A DNA stretch of 64,000 bases from Ministeria vibrans ATCC 50519. Lineage: Eukaryota > Protista > Filasterea. The translations under genes were made by a program, and so were the position numbers. The stretch lies in the NCBI GenBank assembly GCA_943704425.1, contig CALSCP010002759.1, positions 57,217 through 121,216 on the forward strand, written 5' to 3'. Shown piece by piece: positions 17,579 to 29,772 of this stretch. How positions within the stretch are numbered: the first letter of the stretch is position 1; each line of letters opens with the position of its first letter. The notes under the pieces are model-generated. The model made no database searches. It worked only from the letters and a program-made list of their open reading frames with translations, and was not told the DNA's origin.

Positions 17579-18514
17579 TTAATCAATGTGATTGGGCTCA
17601 ATGGGAGGAGGGCGCCAAAGAGGCAAGGTTGCGCGGAGAAGCTTAAAGGCAATGGTGAGTTTGGGCTTGTTGCGCTTGGTGTTGAAGGCAACCATGGCGT
17701 CGAGGAAGGGGCGCGACACAAAGGCATTTGCGAGGGTCGCTGACTCGCGAGCGTTCACTTTGCGCAAACGAAGAACTTCGGAGGCGTCGTAGCGACGGAC
17801 TCCGTTGCGCGCGAGAACCATTTCGGTGGCGCGCGAGAGAAGTTGGTCGGGCGGGGCAACGGCCTCGATGAGCCCAATGTCAAGGGCCTCCTGCGCCGTC
17901 GGCTTCCATGCCTCAGGCCCAAGGATGCGCTGGGCGGTCGCCTCGCCCAGACGCTCGGGGTAGGTGACGGAGGAGCAGCCCTCGGGAGGGACGCCCAGCG
18001 AGGCGAAGGGGGTGGACAGGGTGGTGGAGGGCACGGCGACGACCCCGTCGGTGAGCCCGCCCGTCGTGACGGCCGCCCCAATGGCCGGGCCGTTCATGGC
18101 CGAGATGATGGGCTTGGGGAAGCAGAGGAAGAGCTCGAAGACGGACTGGTTTGCGTCGCGAATGGTCGTGACAAGCTTTGCGGGTGGCATGGGCTGGATC
18201 ATCGCCGACAGATCAACGCCCGCACTGTAGTAGGCGCCCGTGCCCGTGACCACGACGCCCACGATATCGCGGCGGTCTGCCAGATCCTTCATGGTGGTGC
18301 GCAGCTGTAGTAAGAGTGGCATGGTCCAGGCATTGAGTCGCTTGGGGTCGTTGAAGGCGACAACGGCAACTCCGTTCGACTGCACCGTCACGTCCAGTAG
18401 CGATCGCGGCGCCGCTGCCGTCCCCTCCGCCGCCGTTGCCGCGTACGATCGACGTGCAAGGGCAAGCGTTCGCATCGCTCCCAAGCGACGAGACACCACC
18501 TTTGACAATAACAT
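17579..18514 (-). CDS. Enoyl-CoA hydratase/isomerase (crotonase; ECI2-like), probably mitochondrial
   Basis: Single exon. PKRLNAW, YYSAGVDL, PKPIISAMNGPAIG, TPFASLGVPPEGCSS. Arg/Ser-rich N-terminal presequence. Confidence 0.9.
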   Translation of the reverse strand: MLLSKVVSRRLGAMRTLALARRSYAATAAEGTAAAPRSLLDVTVQSNGVAVVAFNDPKRLNAWTMPLLLQLRTTMKDLADRRDIVGVVVTGTGAYYSAGVDLSAMIQPMPPAKLVTTIRDANQSVFELFLCFPKPIISAMNGPAIGAAVTTGGLTDGVVAVPSTTLSTPFASLGVPPEGCSSVTYPERLGEATAQRILGPEAWKPTAQEALDIGLIEAVAPPDQLLSRATEMVLARNGVRRYDASEVLRLRKVNARESATLANAFVSRPFLDAMVAFNTKRNKPKLTIAFKLLRATLPLWRPPPIEPNHID

Positions 18515-18730
18515 GTGAAACGAAGTAAAATGAATGATTATAATAATATTAAATCATAAATCGATGTCCGATGATCAATGATAGATAGTTGATAGTTGAT
18601 AGTTGAATAGTTGACTGACAAATTGCTGTTTATTCTGTTGGTCACTGAGGTAAATTCCGTAAAATAAGGTTAGCAAATCTAAATCAACAATAGCAATCAA
18701 TGATCAATGAAAATAATTATTTATTGTACA

Positions 18731-20026
18731 CTAAAGGTTTTGGAAGAGCTCTCGACAGCGTTCGGAGCGACACGAAGCCCTAATCTGGGCACAAAGACGT
18801 GGGTCGGCACGCAAGGCTTCGCGAACACGCGAGTCGGCGAGGAGGAGTGGGGCGATGGGAGAAGGGTCGGGAGCAGTGCAGGTGAGACGAAGGGCGAAAC
18901 AACGTTCTGCAGTGGGATTGACGCGAGGATCGCGGAGCAGCACGCGCACTGTGTCTGAGTGGCCCGCAACGCTTGCAAAGCGGACAGCATAGTCATTGCG
19001 ATAGTTTGGATCAACTGATGGCTGGGAGAGCAGCGCAGCGACAATGGACGCATGGCCCTGCGTGCTTGCTTTGCACAGGGCGTCGTGTCCGGCGCGGGAC
19101 AGGTCTAAGGTGTCTCGGGCGCGCGTGAGCATGTGCTCGACGACTGCCGTGTAGCCACGCTCGCATGCTTCAATAAAAATGGCGTTGCCGTTAGGCGAGA
19201 GCTCGATGCGGCCATCGAGGAGGAGAAGCAGGAGAATGTCGGGATGCGCCAAGGACAGGCGCACCGCGTCGCTGTAGTGGTCGCTCGGGTCGATACCATC
19301 GACGCTGAGAAGACGCTCGACAACAGCTGTGCGACCGCGGTCACAGGCACTCAGGAGACAGTTTGAGAGCACTGTTGGTGGAATGGACGGGTGCAAGCGT
19401 GCGTCGTCAAGGAGACGCTCCAGGAGCGGGACGAGCCCATGACGACACGCGTACAGCACGACTTGGTGCTCGCCGGCGCTCGGCTGAACAGTTGGCTGGT
19501 CCAAAAGGAGTTCGATGACGGCAAGGGAATCGGTGGCATCGCGCGAGGCAGCAAGGACCAGAGCAAAGTCATAATCTTGATGCCTGACAATTGCCAAGCG
19601 GTGCGCCAAATCATTGATTGTGAGGTGGGGACACGGAAAGCGCACACCAGCACTCAGATTGACCTTCGACAGACGCAACGCGTGCACCGTGTGCACACTC
19701 CCAAGTGCGCATGCGATCCACAGCAGCGGCAGTCGGTTTGAAACTCCCGGAAACGAAATGTGCGCTCTCCCGCGCGTTGAGTGCCAGATTCGCTCGCCAT
19801 CGGGGCCGTAGCGTGAACATATTCGAAGACACACCTCAATGGTGCGAACGAGCTTCTCGAGAAGGCTCAGGGATCCGCTCCAGTCGATTTCTTCCACTGC
19901 GTTGCACGACTTGAACCCATCCGACGCAACAAGTCCAAAAAAGCGTGCGCACGATCCGCGCAACGCCAGGGCCGTCGCCGGCGAGCATTTACACAGTATC
20001 TCTACCCACAACTCATCTGAGAGCAT
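18731..20026 (-). CDS. F-box-like plus ankyrin-repeat protein
   Basis: Single exon. N-terminal LSDELWVEILCKCSPATALALRGSC. Ankyrin repeats such as ACERGYTAVVEHML, ASVAGHSDTVRVLLRDPRVNP. Confidence 0.8.
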   Translation of the reverse strand: MLSDELWVEILCKCSPATALALRGSCARFFGLVASDGFKSCNAVEEIDWSGSLSLLEKLVRTIEVCLRICSRYGPDGERIWHSTRGRAHISFPGVSNRLPLLWIACALGSVHTVHALRLSKVNLSAGVRFPCPHLTINDLAHRLAIVRHQDYDFALVLAASRDATDSLAVIELLLDQPTVQPSAGEHQVVLYACRHGLVPLLERLLDDARLHPSIPPTVLSNCLLSACDRGRTAVVERLLSVDGIDPSDHYSDAVRLSLAHPDILLLLLLDGRIELSPNGNAIFIEACERGYTAVVEHMLTRARDTLDLSRAGHDALCKASTQGHASIVAALLSQPSVDPNYRNDYAVRFASVAGHSDTVRVLLRDPRVNPTAERCFALRLTCTAPDPSPIAPLLLADSRVREALRADPRLCAQIRASCRSERCRELFQNL

Positions 20027-21101
20027 GAGTTTTTGAACAAGAGTGAGAGTGACTTGAGTCGTAAAACTTTAAAGTTGAAATAAAGTATAAAAGAAATACA
20101 AACGGGTGTCGAATATTGTCTCAGATCCGATACCCGTCCAACCCTGGACAACAGGATGGCAATGAATGCTACCAGTGGTCTAATGCCGAGTCAGCCCGCC
20201 TCCGTCAGTCAAGCAGGCCGTGTCAGTGAGTGTGCTTCGACTAATTGTATCTTGACGAAGAATTTGGTGTGTGACGCACCATATTGGAAAACTTTTCAAA
20301 GCTAAAAATGTGTTTGTCTCGACAATACCAAGCAACTCAGAGGCTTCAAAGCTTAAAAGGATGGTGTGTACCCACGATACGGTTGCATTGAACGGTGCGT
20401 CAGTGACGGTGGAGTCCGCTACGACGCCGTGCAACGGACGTGTTGAGACCACAAAGACATTTTAGTCGAAGCAATGCTCTAATTGCGCATATCGCACACG
20501 TTTCCCTTGCCAACCGCGTAGAAATGCCCCCATACAGTCGTCTTGTTGCGTTCGGCGAGCACAGTTCTCCATTGGGAAGCAAAGTGACCGGAATGTGAAG
20601 GTGAGGTTATTTTTTTACGTGAGTGTAACTCCCCCACCGTGGTGTGCGCTTGAAAGGGAGAAAGGAAGGACATATCGGTGTTCAACTTCCGCCTCCCGTA
20701 CACACGTTTTACCTGGCTACCGTATGGCGGCGGAACATCGGACCGTACGACGCGCTATCTGTGAATTTGAACGGAGGAAGAATTTGATTTTTACGTCGAG
20801 CGGAGTAGACCAAATCGCGAAGCGAGCCGTTACGACACCCGCCTGTCGCACCCAGCACGCTACAGTAGCTAATGTTGGTCCTCGGCGGGGTTCGCTTTGC
20901 CGGACGCGTCCTGAGAACGACGCTATTTTGAAACATTCCGAGATGGCGCGGAAGCTCCATAGCGTCTCTCCATTCCACTCGGCGATCCGCAGTCCGAACT
21001 CGGCCCACTCGCACATTTTTTACCCTCACCGACCACACGCCACACCACCTCCTCGCTACCAAGCGTTCTTCAGCGTCTGTCGTGAGGCGGACCACCAGAG
21101 A

Positions 21102-22790
21102 ATGGAGCGAACTGCGTTCGGTAACGAGGAGGACAACACTCCATCTGTCGAAGAACAGTTCTTGTTGACGCGTGCCGACGCGCACTCGGGCAGCGGCGGC
21201 TCACCCAGCCCCCAGGTCCATACCCAACGTCTCAATGCAGGCGAGGGCCGTCTGCCAGTGCAGCCGCGTTCGCGAGTCAAAGAGCAATTATGGCTGCAGC
21301 GGTTTGCCGAATTGATGGCGTTCCGCGCCGTCTACGGTCATTCAAACGTACCGCAACGCTATGCGCCACACAAACAGCTGGGCACTTGGGTGGACACGCA
21401 GCGGCAGAGCCGTCGGTCAGGAACGTTGTCGGACACGCGCAGGCGACGCCTCGAATCAATCGGCTTTGGGTGGCGCGGAACGGGTTCGCGCGATCCGCTC
21501 ACGCCGCTGCCGGGACGCACACTCGAGCCGGATACCTTCACAAGTGCTCCGCTACGCTTCCAGGCAGACCTCTTACGCGTGCCATCGAGCACAGGCGACC
21601 CAATGCAGCGACGGCAGCACAGGCGGCAACCGCAACAAGCGGACGAGGGCGGCGACCAAGACAAAGACAAAGACGACGACGACGATCTCGGTCCGCTGCC
21701 CCATCCCAGCCGCTACACGTTGTACGCACGCCGCACCAGTGTCAGCCGCAGGGACAGCTCCTCTACCCTGCCCCTCCACTCGACGCCTTCCTCGTCGCTG
21801 CACGACCTGTTCGACAACGAGACGAACGAGCTTGACGAGCCGGACGAGACGGACTGCACCAGACCTTACCGGTCGAATAGCGACATGGGATTGCGAAAAC
21901 GACAGCGACTCGACGCATCCACCGCACAGGCGCACCACGAAGGGTATGTAGCGACACGACACGGCACGAGGGCTGGTGGAGGTGCCTGGGACAGGGAGAG
22001 GGGCGCCGCAGAGAGCTTTGAGGGGGAACTCCAGCGCGATGATGAGGAGGACCTCGACAACGAAGATCTATCAGGCGACGACGACGGCGAGGACGAGGAC
22101 GACGGCGAGGACTCCAACTGGGTCATGTGGCAGTCCAAGAAGACCTCGCGCAAGCGACCCCGCCGCAAACCCCGCTTCCTTCTCACCTACCGCCCCAAAC
22201 GACGTCCCTTTGTTGTCGTCGCCTCTCCATCAAAAGCGCCTCAAGACGACTCCCACACAGAAAATCCCCATGTCGCCTCCACACACATTTCTGCCCACCC
22301 ACACCCTTCCCAGTCCTTACAACTCTCTCCCACACACCCCATCTCCCCGCAACAACCCTCGCAGTCACTCGCACGGTCCTCTGTCGCCTCAGACAGAGTC
22401 AGCGCACCATGTCCACAATCGATGTCGCAAAACTTATCTGCTCCCTCCGATTCCCATTCCATCTCCGTCCAACGCGGCACAAACCCCAACCCGTACTTTG
22501 ACATGTACATCTTCCCGCCTCGCGAGTCGCTTGGCGCGTCTCCCTCTCCGTCGCTTCGTACACATTCCCCTGCGAATCCTCCCCCGCGTCCACCGCCTTC
22601 CGCCACCCCGCACTTGCCACCCCGCCACAACCACCACCACCATCATCACCACCACTACCAGGGCCGTGATGCCCCTCGCGTTGGCCATGGGGCCCTGCGT
22701 CACGCAGCAACAACATCGTTTTCGCTCCGTCCGACTCCTTACGGCCCTCCTCTCTCAACGCCCCCATTACCCGATCCTTCGTACCACTAA
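21102..22790 (+). CDS. Helicase-associated (HA) domain protein with disordered acidic, basic and Pro/His-rich tail
   Basis: WLQRFAELMAFRAVYGHSNVPQRYAPHKQLGTWVDTQR..LSDTRRRRLESIGFGW matches the HA domain pattern. The start is uncertain (alternative ATG at 20943). Confidence 0.75.
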   Translation: MERTAFGNEEDNTPSVEEQFLLTRADAHSGSGGSPSPQVHTQRLNAGEGRLPVQPRSRVKEQLWLQRFAELMAFRAVYGHSNVPQRYAPHKQLGTWVDTQRQSRRSGTLSDTRRRRLESIGFGWRGTGSRDPLTPLPGRTLEPDTFTSAPLRFQADLLRVPSSTGDPMQRRQHRRQPQQADEGGDQDKDKDDDDDLGPLPHPSRYTLYARRTSVSRRDSSSTLPLHSTPSSSLHDLFDNETNELDEPDETDCTRPYRSNSDMGLRKRQRLDASTAQAHHEGYVATRHGTRAGGGAWDRERGAAESFEGELQRDDEEDLDNEDLSGDDDGEDEDDGEDSNWVMWQSKKTSRKRPRRKPRFLLTYRPKRRPFVVVASPSKAPQDDSHTENPHVASTHISAHPHPSQSLQLSPTHPISPQQPSQSLARSSVASDRVSAPCPQSMSQNLSAPSDSHSISVQRGTNPNPYFDMYIFPPRESLGASPSPSLRTHSPANPPPRPPPSATPHLPPRHNHHHHHHHHYQGRDAPRVGHGALRHAATTSFSLRPTPYGPPLSTPPLPDPSYH

Positions 22791-23384
22791 GCTTCACAGG
22801 TTGCAGGCAACCTGTGCGGTTCGTCGACTCGCACACGAAGAGAGAGAACTTGTATAAAAAGAGTTAAAGATTAATCTAAGCCAAAAGAAGAAAGGGTCAA
22901 TGATTAAGTGTGATCTTTCAACGTCTGTAGGCTCTCTTTCGCCTGTTTATCCATCGTAAACCCTTGTACGTGTACATCTCCAGCTGATGGGTGCAGCGAA
23001 GGCGTGTCTAAGGCGAAATATACGAGGCGAGTGGCATTTTGTGTGACGGAACTGCATTTTCAAAATGGGCGCGCGGAAGAATGTCGCATTGACATTTCCC
23101 GATAGAGAATCGATCTCTCGCTCTCCCACTGCTCTCGTTCACTGCCTCGCCTGTTTCAGAACGTCTCTTGTAAACATGTTAATGCACAGATGTGCAAACG
23201 GCGCTGGAATAGGCGCTCTTGGGCGGCAGGTCAAGCGAAAAGTGCTCGGAACATATAAACTCCGAAAGACATCATCAATCACCTTTTTCACTGGCGCGTG
23301 ATCAGACACCAAATCCCGCATTCTTGTTGCACCCTTCCGCTGGCGCGTGGACCATTTGGTGTGGCGTGGTGCAGTGTGTGCTTC

Positions 23385-23430
<46 letters not shown>

Positions 23431-23449
23431 ATGCGGCCCAGAGGGCGTG

Positions 23450-24005
23450 ATGGATGGCTGTGCAATGATTGTGCAGTGTCGCAAGGCTCGCGATATGTTT
23501 CACCAAGTCTGCGCCCAATGCAACAAGAAACGCCCGTCGAACCTGACCACCCCCGGTCAACCGCTCAGTGTTCCCTCCTGGTGCCCCTTTTGCAACCGCT
23601 CAACAACTGGACGATTTGGCGTTGCTTTGAGCGTAAACTTATGCTTTTTTTTTTTCTATCTATCATTCACAATCTGTCTCTAACGTCTCTCTGTCCAATC
23701 CAGATTCAAGTGGTTCTTGAACACGAGCTTGTGTCAGTCATGGTCTTCGACGAGAGCGTACTGCGGCCGCTGCTTGGCTGCTCCCTGGCGCAGTTCATGG
23801 TACCGAATGTTCCAACGCACTCTCTCCCGTTTCGACCGTTTCCCTTGTCTTTAGGACCTTGCCGATCGATGGCCGGACGTCTGGCCCGCCTTTGAATCGC
23901 ACATCATGGGTGTCTGTTGTTTTCTGACCCTGAAACCTGCCAGAACATGGCGCACCATCGCGCACGTCAACACCACCAACCCAAATGGGCCGAGTGGCGC
24001 CACAG

Positions 24006-24064
<59 letters not shown>

Positions 24065-24520
24065 ACACCCTCAGTCCACGCCGAGGCTGTGACACCCAGC
24101 AACTTTTTCAGTCTCACCAAAGATCCCGTTGTGAAACACCTTGAGCCACTCTCGAGCGCATTTGCCCCATTTTACGCAATCCATAAACAACTCCAGCACT
24201 CTTGGACGGGAACGCAATCTGTCACCACCACCACAGCAGCAGCAGCAGCGGGGTTGGGTAGCAGCAGCTTTGCCTTTGGAAGTCTCCCCAGTGACACACT
24301 TCAAACTCCATGTGCCTCTGCGCACTCTGCGTCACCCGTGTGTGCCACGATGGCTGCTCCTCCCCAACCCTGGTCGCGCTCTCTTGCACGTCCCGCTTTC
24401 CCCGTCAAGTTTGTTCTCTCTACCCTTCAGGAACAAGTCCAGACCCACTGTGCTCGCAGAACTGGCGAGAAGGGAAAGGGCAAGAGGAAACGGAATGCCA
24501 CAAAGAGAGCCCGCGAGTAG
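23450..24520 (+). CDS. RPA1-C-type Zn-binding OB-fold protein (DDIAS/noxin N-terminus-like)
   Basis: Exons 23450-23632, 23704-23799, 23855-24520. CAQCNKK..CPFCNR zinc ribbon followed by VSVMVFDESVLRPLLGCS, then a low-complexity tail. Confidence 0.65.
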
Positions 24521-24920
24521 ATACCATACTGATATTGTTATATTTGTATTATTGTACTTTGGATAATTCTATATAATTTATTGTCTTTCTATTGTACTGG
24601 TACTGTTGTAGTTGTGCTTGACTGAGCGAATAATTGTCAGCCCAAATAAACTTAATCGTCAGGAAAATGAGTCCTGGACAGACTCCTGGTCATGCAATGC
24701 TGAATGTTCTTGTTGCCAAGAGTGTTACTCGCCTGTCTACCCACGTTGATTTTTTTTGACATTGGCACATCGAATTTTTATTAAATTGTTGATCGGCCGT
24801 CACTCAGTGTCAAAACTGTGAAACAACGTCCAACGAACAGAATTCAGAAAATACACTTCCACTGCTTTTTCCTCCTTCTTTTCCACGCGGTTTTGTGTCT
24901 CTGCCCCTTCCTCCATACCC

Positions 24921-27410
24921 ATGACGGGCGAGTGCAATTCCGACTCCAAAGAGACGCCGCAAAGTGAAAACGCCGGAGCGTTTGAAAAAGGACAATCAAC
25001 GAACGAACGGGCGCCGCGCGACACGCCAATGGCGTTGAATCCCACTCACAACACTCCCCCCACTGCCCCAGCAGGTACACTTGAAACTTTTTTTTCTCCC
25101 TTTTTTTTTCTGCAGTAAAACAAAAAAAAATAAAATAACATATCGCAATTCCCTGAACTACCTGTCCACTACTGACCGCTCCCCGTCCTTGCATGTCCTC
25201 TATACGCATTCCACATTCATGTTGCCGCGCGGTGTAGGGGGAACAGAGACCGATGGAGCGAGTCAGGAGGAGCAACCTTACTCGCACGAAAAACACAACG
25301 TCCTTTTGCCGTCTAAGACGGGCGCTTCTATCCACAGGGGGGTGCTGGATGGGCCACCAGCTGCAACTGCTACTAATACTGCCACGGCGGGGGCCAAGGC
25401 GGCCTCCGCGGAGTCCAGCGCAACGAGAAACGAAACAAACGAAAGTGCGGTGGTATTGACAGCAATTGACAACAGTGGCAACAACGAGACGTCTTTAACG
25501 GGAAACAGCGCACCCACCGCTGCGCACGCTGCTGCAGCTGGCACACCACCTTCCCACGCTGCTGCAGCTGGCACACCATCGTCCGCCGACGCTGCTGCGG
25601 CCACAGCAGCGACCCAGCAAATGCAAGCCGCGAGAGTGCTTCAGGACGCCGCACAGCACATTGCAGCGGCCATTTCCCTTCTTCAAAATCACTTTCCCTA
25701 CACTTGCATGTTGCCTCCACATGCACCGCATGTACGCTCTGGTGCGTCAAACGGAAGCACGTACCCAGTATTTCCAGCGCCACCGCATGTGTCCGCCTCC
25801 GGCCTTAATTTGCCTCCGGCCACCTTCCCGTATTCCACCTCAATGGCTATGCCACACGCCACCCTTGACACAACTCATCCTGCAACAGTTGCCGGTATCC
25901 CTCCTAATGGCTACGTCTTTCCATCGCCCGCGACTCTCCACCCGCCCATTCCGGCGCTGTCTCAATTCGCTCTCCGCTCGGGCAATGGGCTCCCTTTCAT
26001 GACCACAAATGGTCCCACCATCACCACCACCACCACCACCACCACTGCGACTAACAACGATAAGAATAACTCAGCCGCAACGTCAGCAGCGGTGACTCAG
26101 AATGCGCGCACTGCAAGTGCTGTTGATGACAGCAGCACCTCATCGCGCAAGCGCAAGCGGAAAGAAATGTATGGTGGAAGCAGCACCCGTGCTCCCGCTT
26201 CTGCCGCTGCTCGTATGCATCGCCACGGGCAGGATGATCCGGCGTACGAGCCAAGCGATGATGAGTATGAAGACGATGATGATGATGAGGATGAGGAGGA
26301 AGGAGAAGGGGGAGAGGAGGTGGAGGAGGAGCAAGACGATGACGCAGGCACTGTTGACGGGGAAATGCCTATTGGCGACTCCGTCTATCATCCGCAACTG
26401 CACCCGTACCATGGTCAGCTGTATCAACAACCACAGCAGGAGAGGCTACAGCAACAGCAGTACCCGATGTACTCTTCTATGCTAATGAGTGGTGCAGGCC
26501 AAGGGATTATGGGCTACCCTCTGCCTGCAAGTGAGTCGCATGTGGACGGTGGCAGTCATCCGCCAGTGCCGGTGAAAAGGGGACGCGGACGGCCACGGCG
26601 CTTAAACAACGGTGAGTCGCCATGCACGCCTGCCAGTGCGACAAGACCGCCCATGTCCAGTGCGGAGGAGTACGGTGCACGCAACAACGGCAGTGCAAGC
26701 AAGAAGCGCAAGGTGATCACATCGACAGAGGAAGCCGCGGCTGCAGTTGCAGAGGCAGTGGCTGCGCAGCGGATGATAATACCGGAGGAAGGATTGCTCG
26801 ATGTGCAACAGCACGAAGGACACTTGCACTCGCAGGCGGAGGTCAATATGGAACTAGGCCCGGGCTGGCGCAGCTACTGTGACGCATCCGCCGGCGGAAC
26901 GTATTGGAGGATTCCCGGCAAAAACGGTACGATAGAGAGAGGAAGAGGACATTAAGCTCCCCCTTATAATATCTATCACTCACACTCACACTTAGGACAA
27001 TTTGCGTGTGGAGAGTGTCTGAAAATTTTCACACGCAAACACTCAGTGGGAGTGCACCGGCGCACACATCGCGACCAGAGACCCTTTGTGTGCAAGTCTG
27101 GCAACTGTTCAAAGAGCTTTACCACGCGCTCTGACTTGGTGCGCCACTCGCAAGTTCACTCGAGCGCACAGGCTAGAAGGAAAATGACCAAAGTACGACA
27201 CACACGCAATACGACACACATTATATATGGAACACTGATCGACCACTCTATACATAGAGAACGCAAAACAAAACACAGTGGACCGAACAGGGGATGGATT
27301 CGGACGACGAAGAAGAAGAAGAGGCGTTTGAGACTATGAATGATGATGTGGAGGAGTACTCTGAAGGAGTCAGTGATGTAGATGTGGATGTGGAGAGCGA
27401 TGCGCCTTAG
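24921..27410 (+). CDS. C2H2 zinc-finger transcription factor with AT-hook
   Basis: Exons 24921-25074, 25238-26926, 26996-27192, 27258-27410 are phase-compatible. KRGRGRPRR; FACGECLKIFTRKHSVGVHRRTH-RDQRPFVCKSGNCSKSFTTRSDLVRHSQVH. Confidence 0.85.
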
Positions 27411-27593
27411 ACACACACTCGCAAAGTAGAGAGATCGAATTGAAAAAAAGGAGAGAGGTGAGTAAAACAAACAGGCACTTAGAGAGAGAAAGATGAGAAA
27501 CAGTACGACATACTGTCAATATAATTTATAATATTAATACGAGCAGACAGAGTAAAAGAAAAACTTAGGGAGGGTGGGGCATAGAGGGAAGAG

Positions 27594-27749
27594 TTAGTCG
27601 TATGGGTTTGAAGTGAAACTCTCCGAGAGTGTGTGCTGAGTGAGAAAGGACCACTCTGGTAAGGGTTTGGGGATCTGCGGGAAGGCTCGTCGGATGGGCC
27701 GGAATCGACGGTGAACGTGGTGCATGATCTCAACAATGTCCCTATATTA

Positions 27750-27800
<51 letters not shown>

Positions 27801-28980
27801 CTAATTATATGACTGTGTGTGAGAGGTGGATGGGTGTGCAAATTTATCCAATGTAAAACACGTATATGGCATGAAAAATGACGCCATGGACATGTCACAC
27901 GCACAAAATCACGACACAAACACAAATTCACATTATTCATACCGCTTTGACAAACGTCTTCCACGAGCACTGCGCCTGAGCACATCGTGACGCACCCACA
28001 ACATCTCCTCCAGAGCCCTGCGCACCCGCATGAGCACATTCCATGGCCTCTGGGGCCCCAAACGCACTCCAAAATGTCGCTCGTAGGCCTCCCATACTTC
28101 CTCATTGCCATTCCACCGCATCAGATCAATCCGAAGATCGCCAACCCCACTCTCTTCCCAGTCCAGCGCCACACTCAATGCTCCGTTCTTCACAATCATA
28201 TTGTCCCGATGCAAATCCTAAACAGCAAAACAATCGCAATCAGATGGAGAACAGAGAAGGAACTCGATACTTCCTATCACATTGTTTTCGTTTCCCTCTC
28301 AATCAGTCCATTTCGATATGCCATTGTCTCTCGTTTGTTCTTACTTTGTGGACTAGACAGGGTGTGAGTTCCGGCACAGTCTCCAGTTGAGCTGCCACTT
28401 CTTCTGCCACTTCTACACTCACTCGTCGTCAATCTGATTCCTCCATCTATACATCACTATTGTGCGTTGCTTTACCGGTGAGTGGAGCATAGTCAATCAG
28501 TCTGGTTCGTTCCAACAGCTGATGAACCAATCGATCTTTGGTCCACTAGATTGCACAATATTGTTCAGGGTAAGTTATGTTTTTCTTTTAAATTTCTCTC
28601 TTAGTCTTAATCGTACGACTCCATCAAAAACCGTCACATCAACATTGGTCAAGTCAAAACGGTGGATTTTCTCAAAGACAGGCTGGGCCAAAAGGTACTC
28701 TTGAAGTCCGCGGTTTGTGCCTCGTTTGCGCCGCGGTTTAGGCTCATCGCCCGATACAAACTCAGTGAGAGCCCACACATGATACTGTGGTCGCGCTGCT
28801 GCATCGTCGCCTGTTGTGGGCGGTTCTGATGACATGGAGTCCGATGAAGAGTGTGAAGATGAGCTGGTGCTCGACAGAGACGAGTCAGACGAGTCATCGT
28901 CCTTCTTTGCCATGGCCTTCTTCTTCTCCTTCTTGGCCTCCGCTCCATCGCCAAGAGCATCGTCGTCGTCTGACGACGAA

Positions 28981-29020
<40 letters not shown>

Positions 29021-29495
29021 ATGACGACGACGACGACGACGAGCCGTGGCGGCGACGCGGCCGCAAGGGACACGTTCCGCGCGCGACCAGCACGGGCGCC
29101 GCAACGCCCGCTGCGTGAGCCAACGCCAACGCTCTCAGCTCGATTTCTGCCGCCTCAACATGGCTGCGCGTCTGCATGTGCCACCAGTAGTCAGTGCCCT
29201 TCCAAATGCGCAACACAAGCGAACCTATCGAGGAGAGAAGTGACTGTTCGTGTTTTGTTTTTTTCCATCTCCTACCGCCACCCTGACTCAATTCCAATCG
29301 ATACATCTCGTGCTGACACCCGTGTAGATTGGCAACCCCGCTCAGTGCTGGTCTGAACAGCACAGGCCGAGAAAATGTTCAAACAACGAAAACCGCAAAT
29401 TGCGATTACCTTCCATTCTGGGCGAGCCAAGCGACCACCTCCTCTGGCACCAGCGTGATGTTTTTCGCTTCTGCTTTGCGATCGTGTCCAGGCAT
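27594..29495 (-). CDS. Aminoglycoside phosphotransferase/choline kinase-like (APH fold) protein with poly-Ser insertion
   Basis: Seven exons. VLRIW..ELRALALAHAAGVAAPVLV, WALTEFVSG, spliced catalytic LVHKDLHRDNMIV, and ALDWEESGVGD. Confidence 0.8.
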
Positions 29496-29772
29496 CGTAG
29501 AGTGTTTCAAGAAATAATGAATAAATAATATTTTAATGTTAAAATATTTTAGTAATAATTTTATTGCTCACTCTTCGACCAAAAATTGTAATAACAATAA
29601 TAAAATATATTATAACAATGGTAATAAAGTTTACTCAAGGGACAAGGAGGTTAAAAATAATACAATTCAATGAAGATTGAAGAGTAATACAATCGCCATA
29701 CGAATTACGATAATAATTGCTATTTTGATGATTTACATTCATACAACATGAATCGTATGACAATAGTATTTA

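Noticed and set aside
28816-29118. Poly-Asp ORF on the + strand
   Set aside because: It is the antisense of the poly-Ser insert in the APH-like gene.
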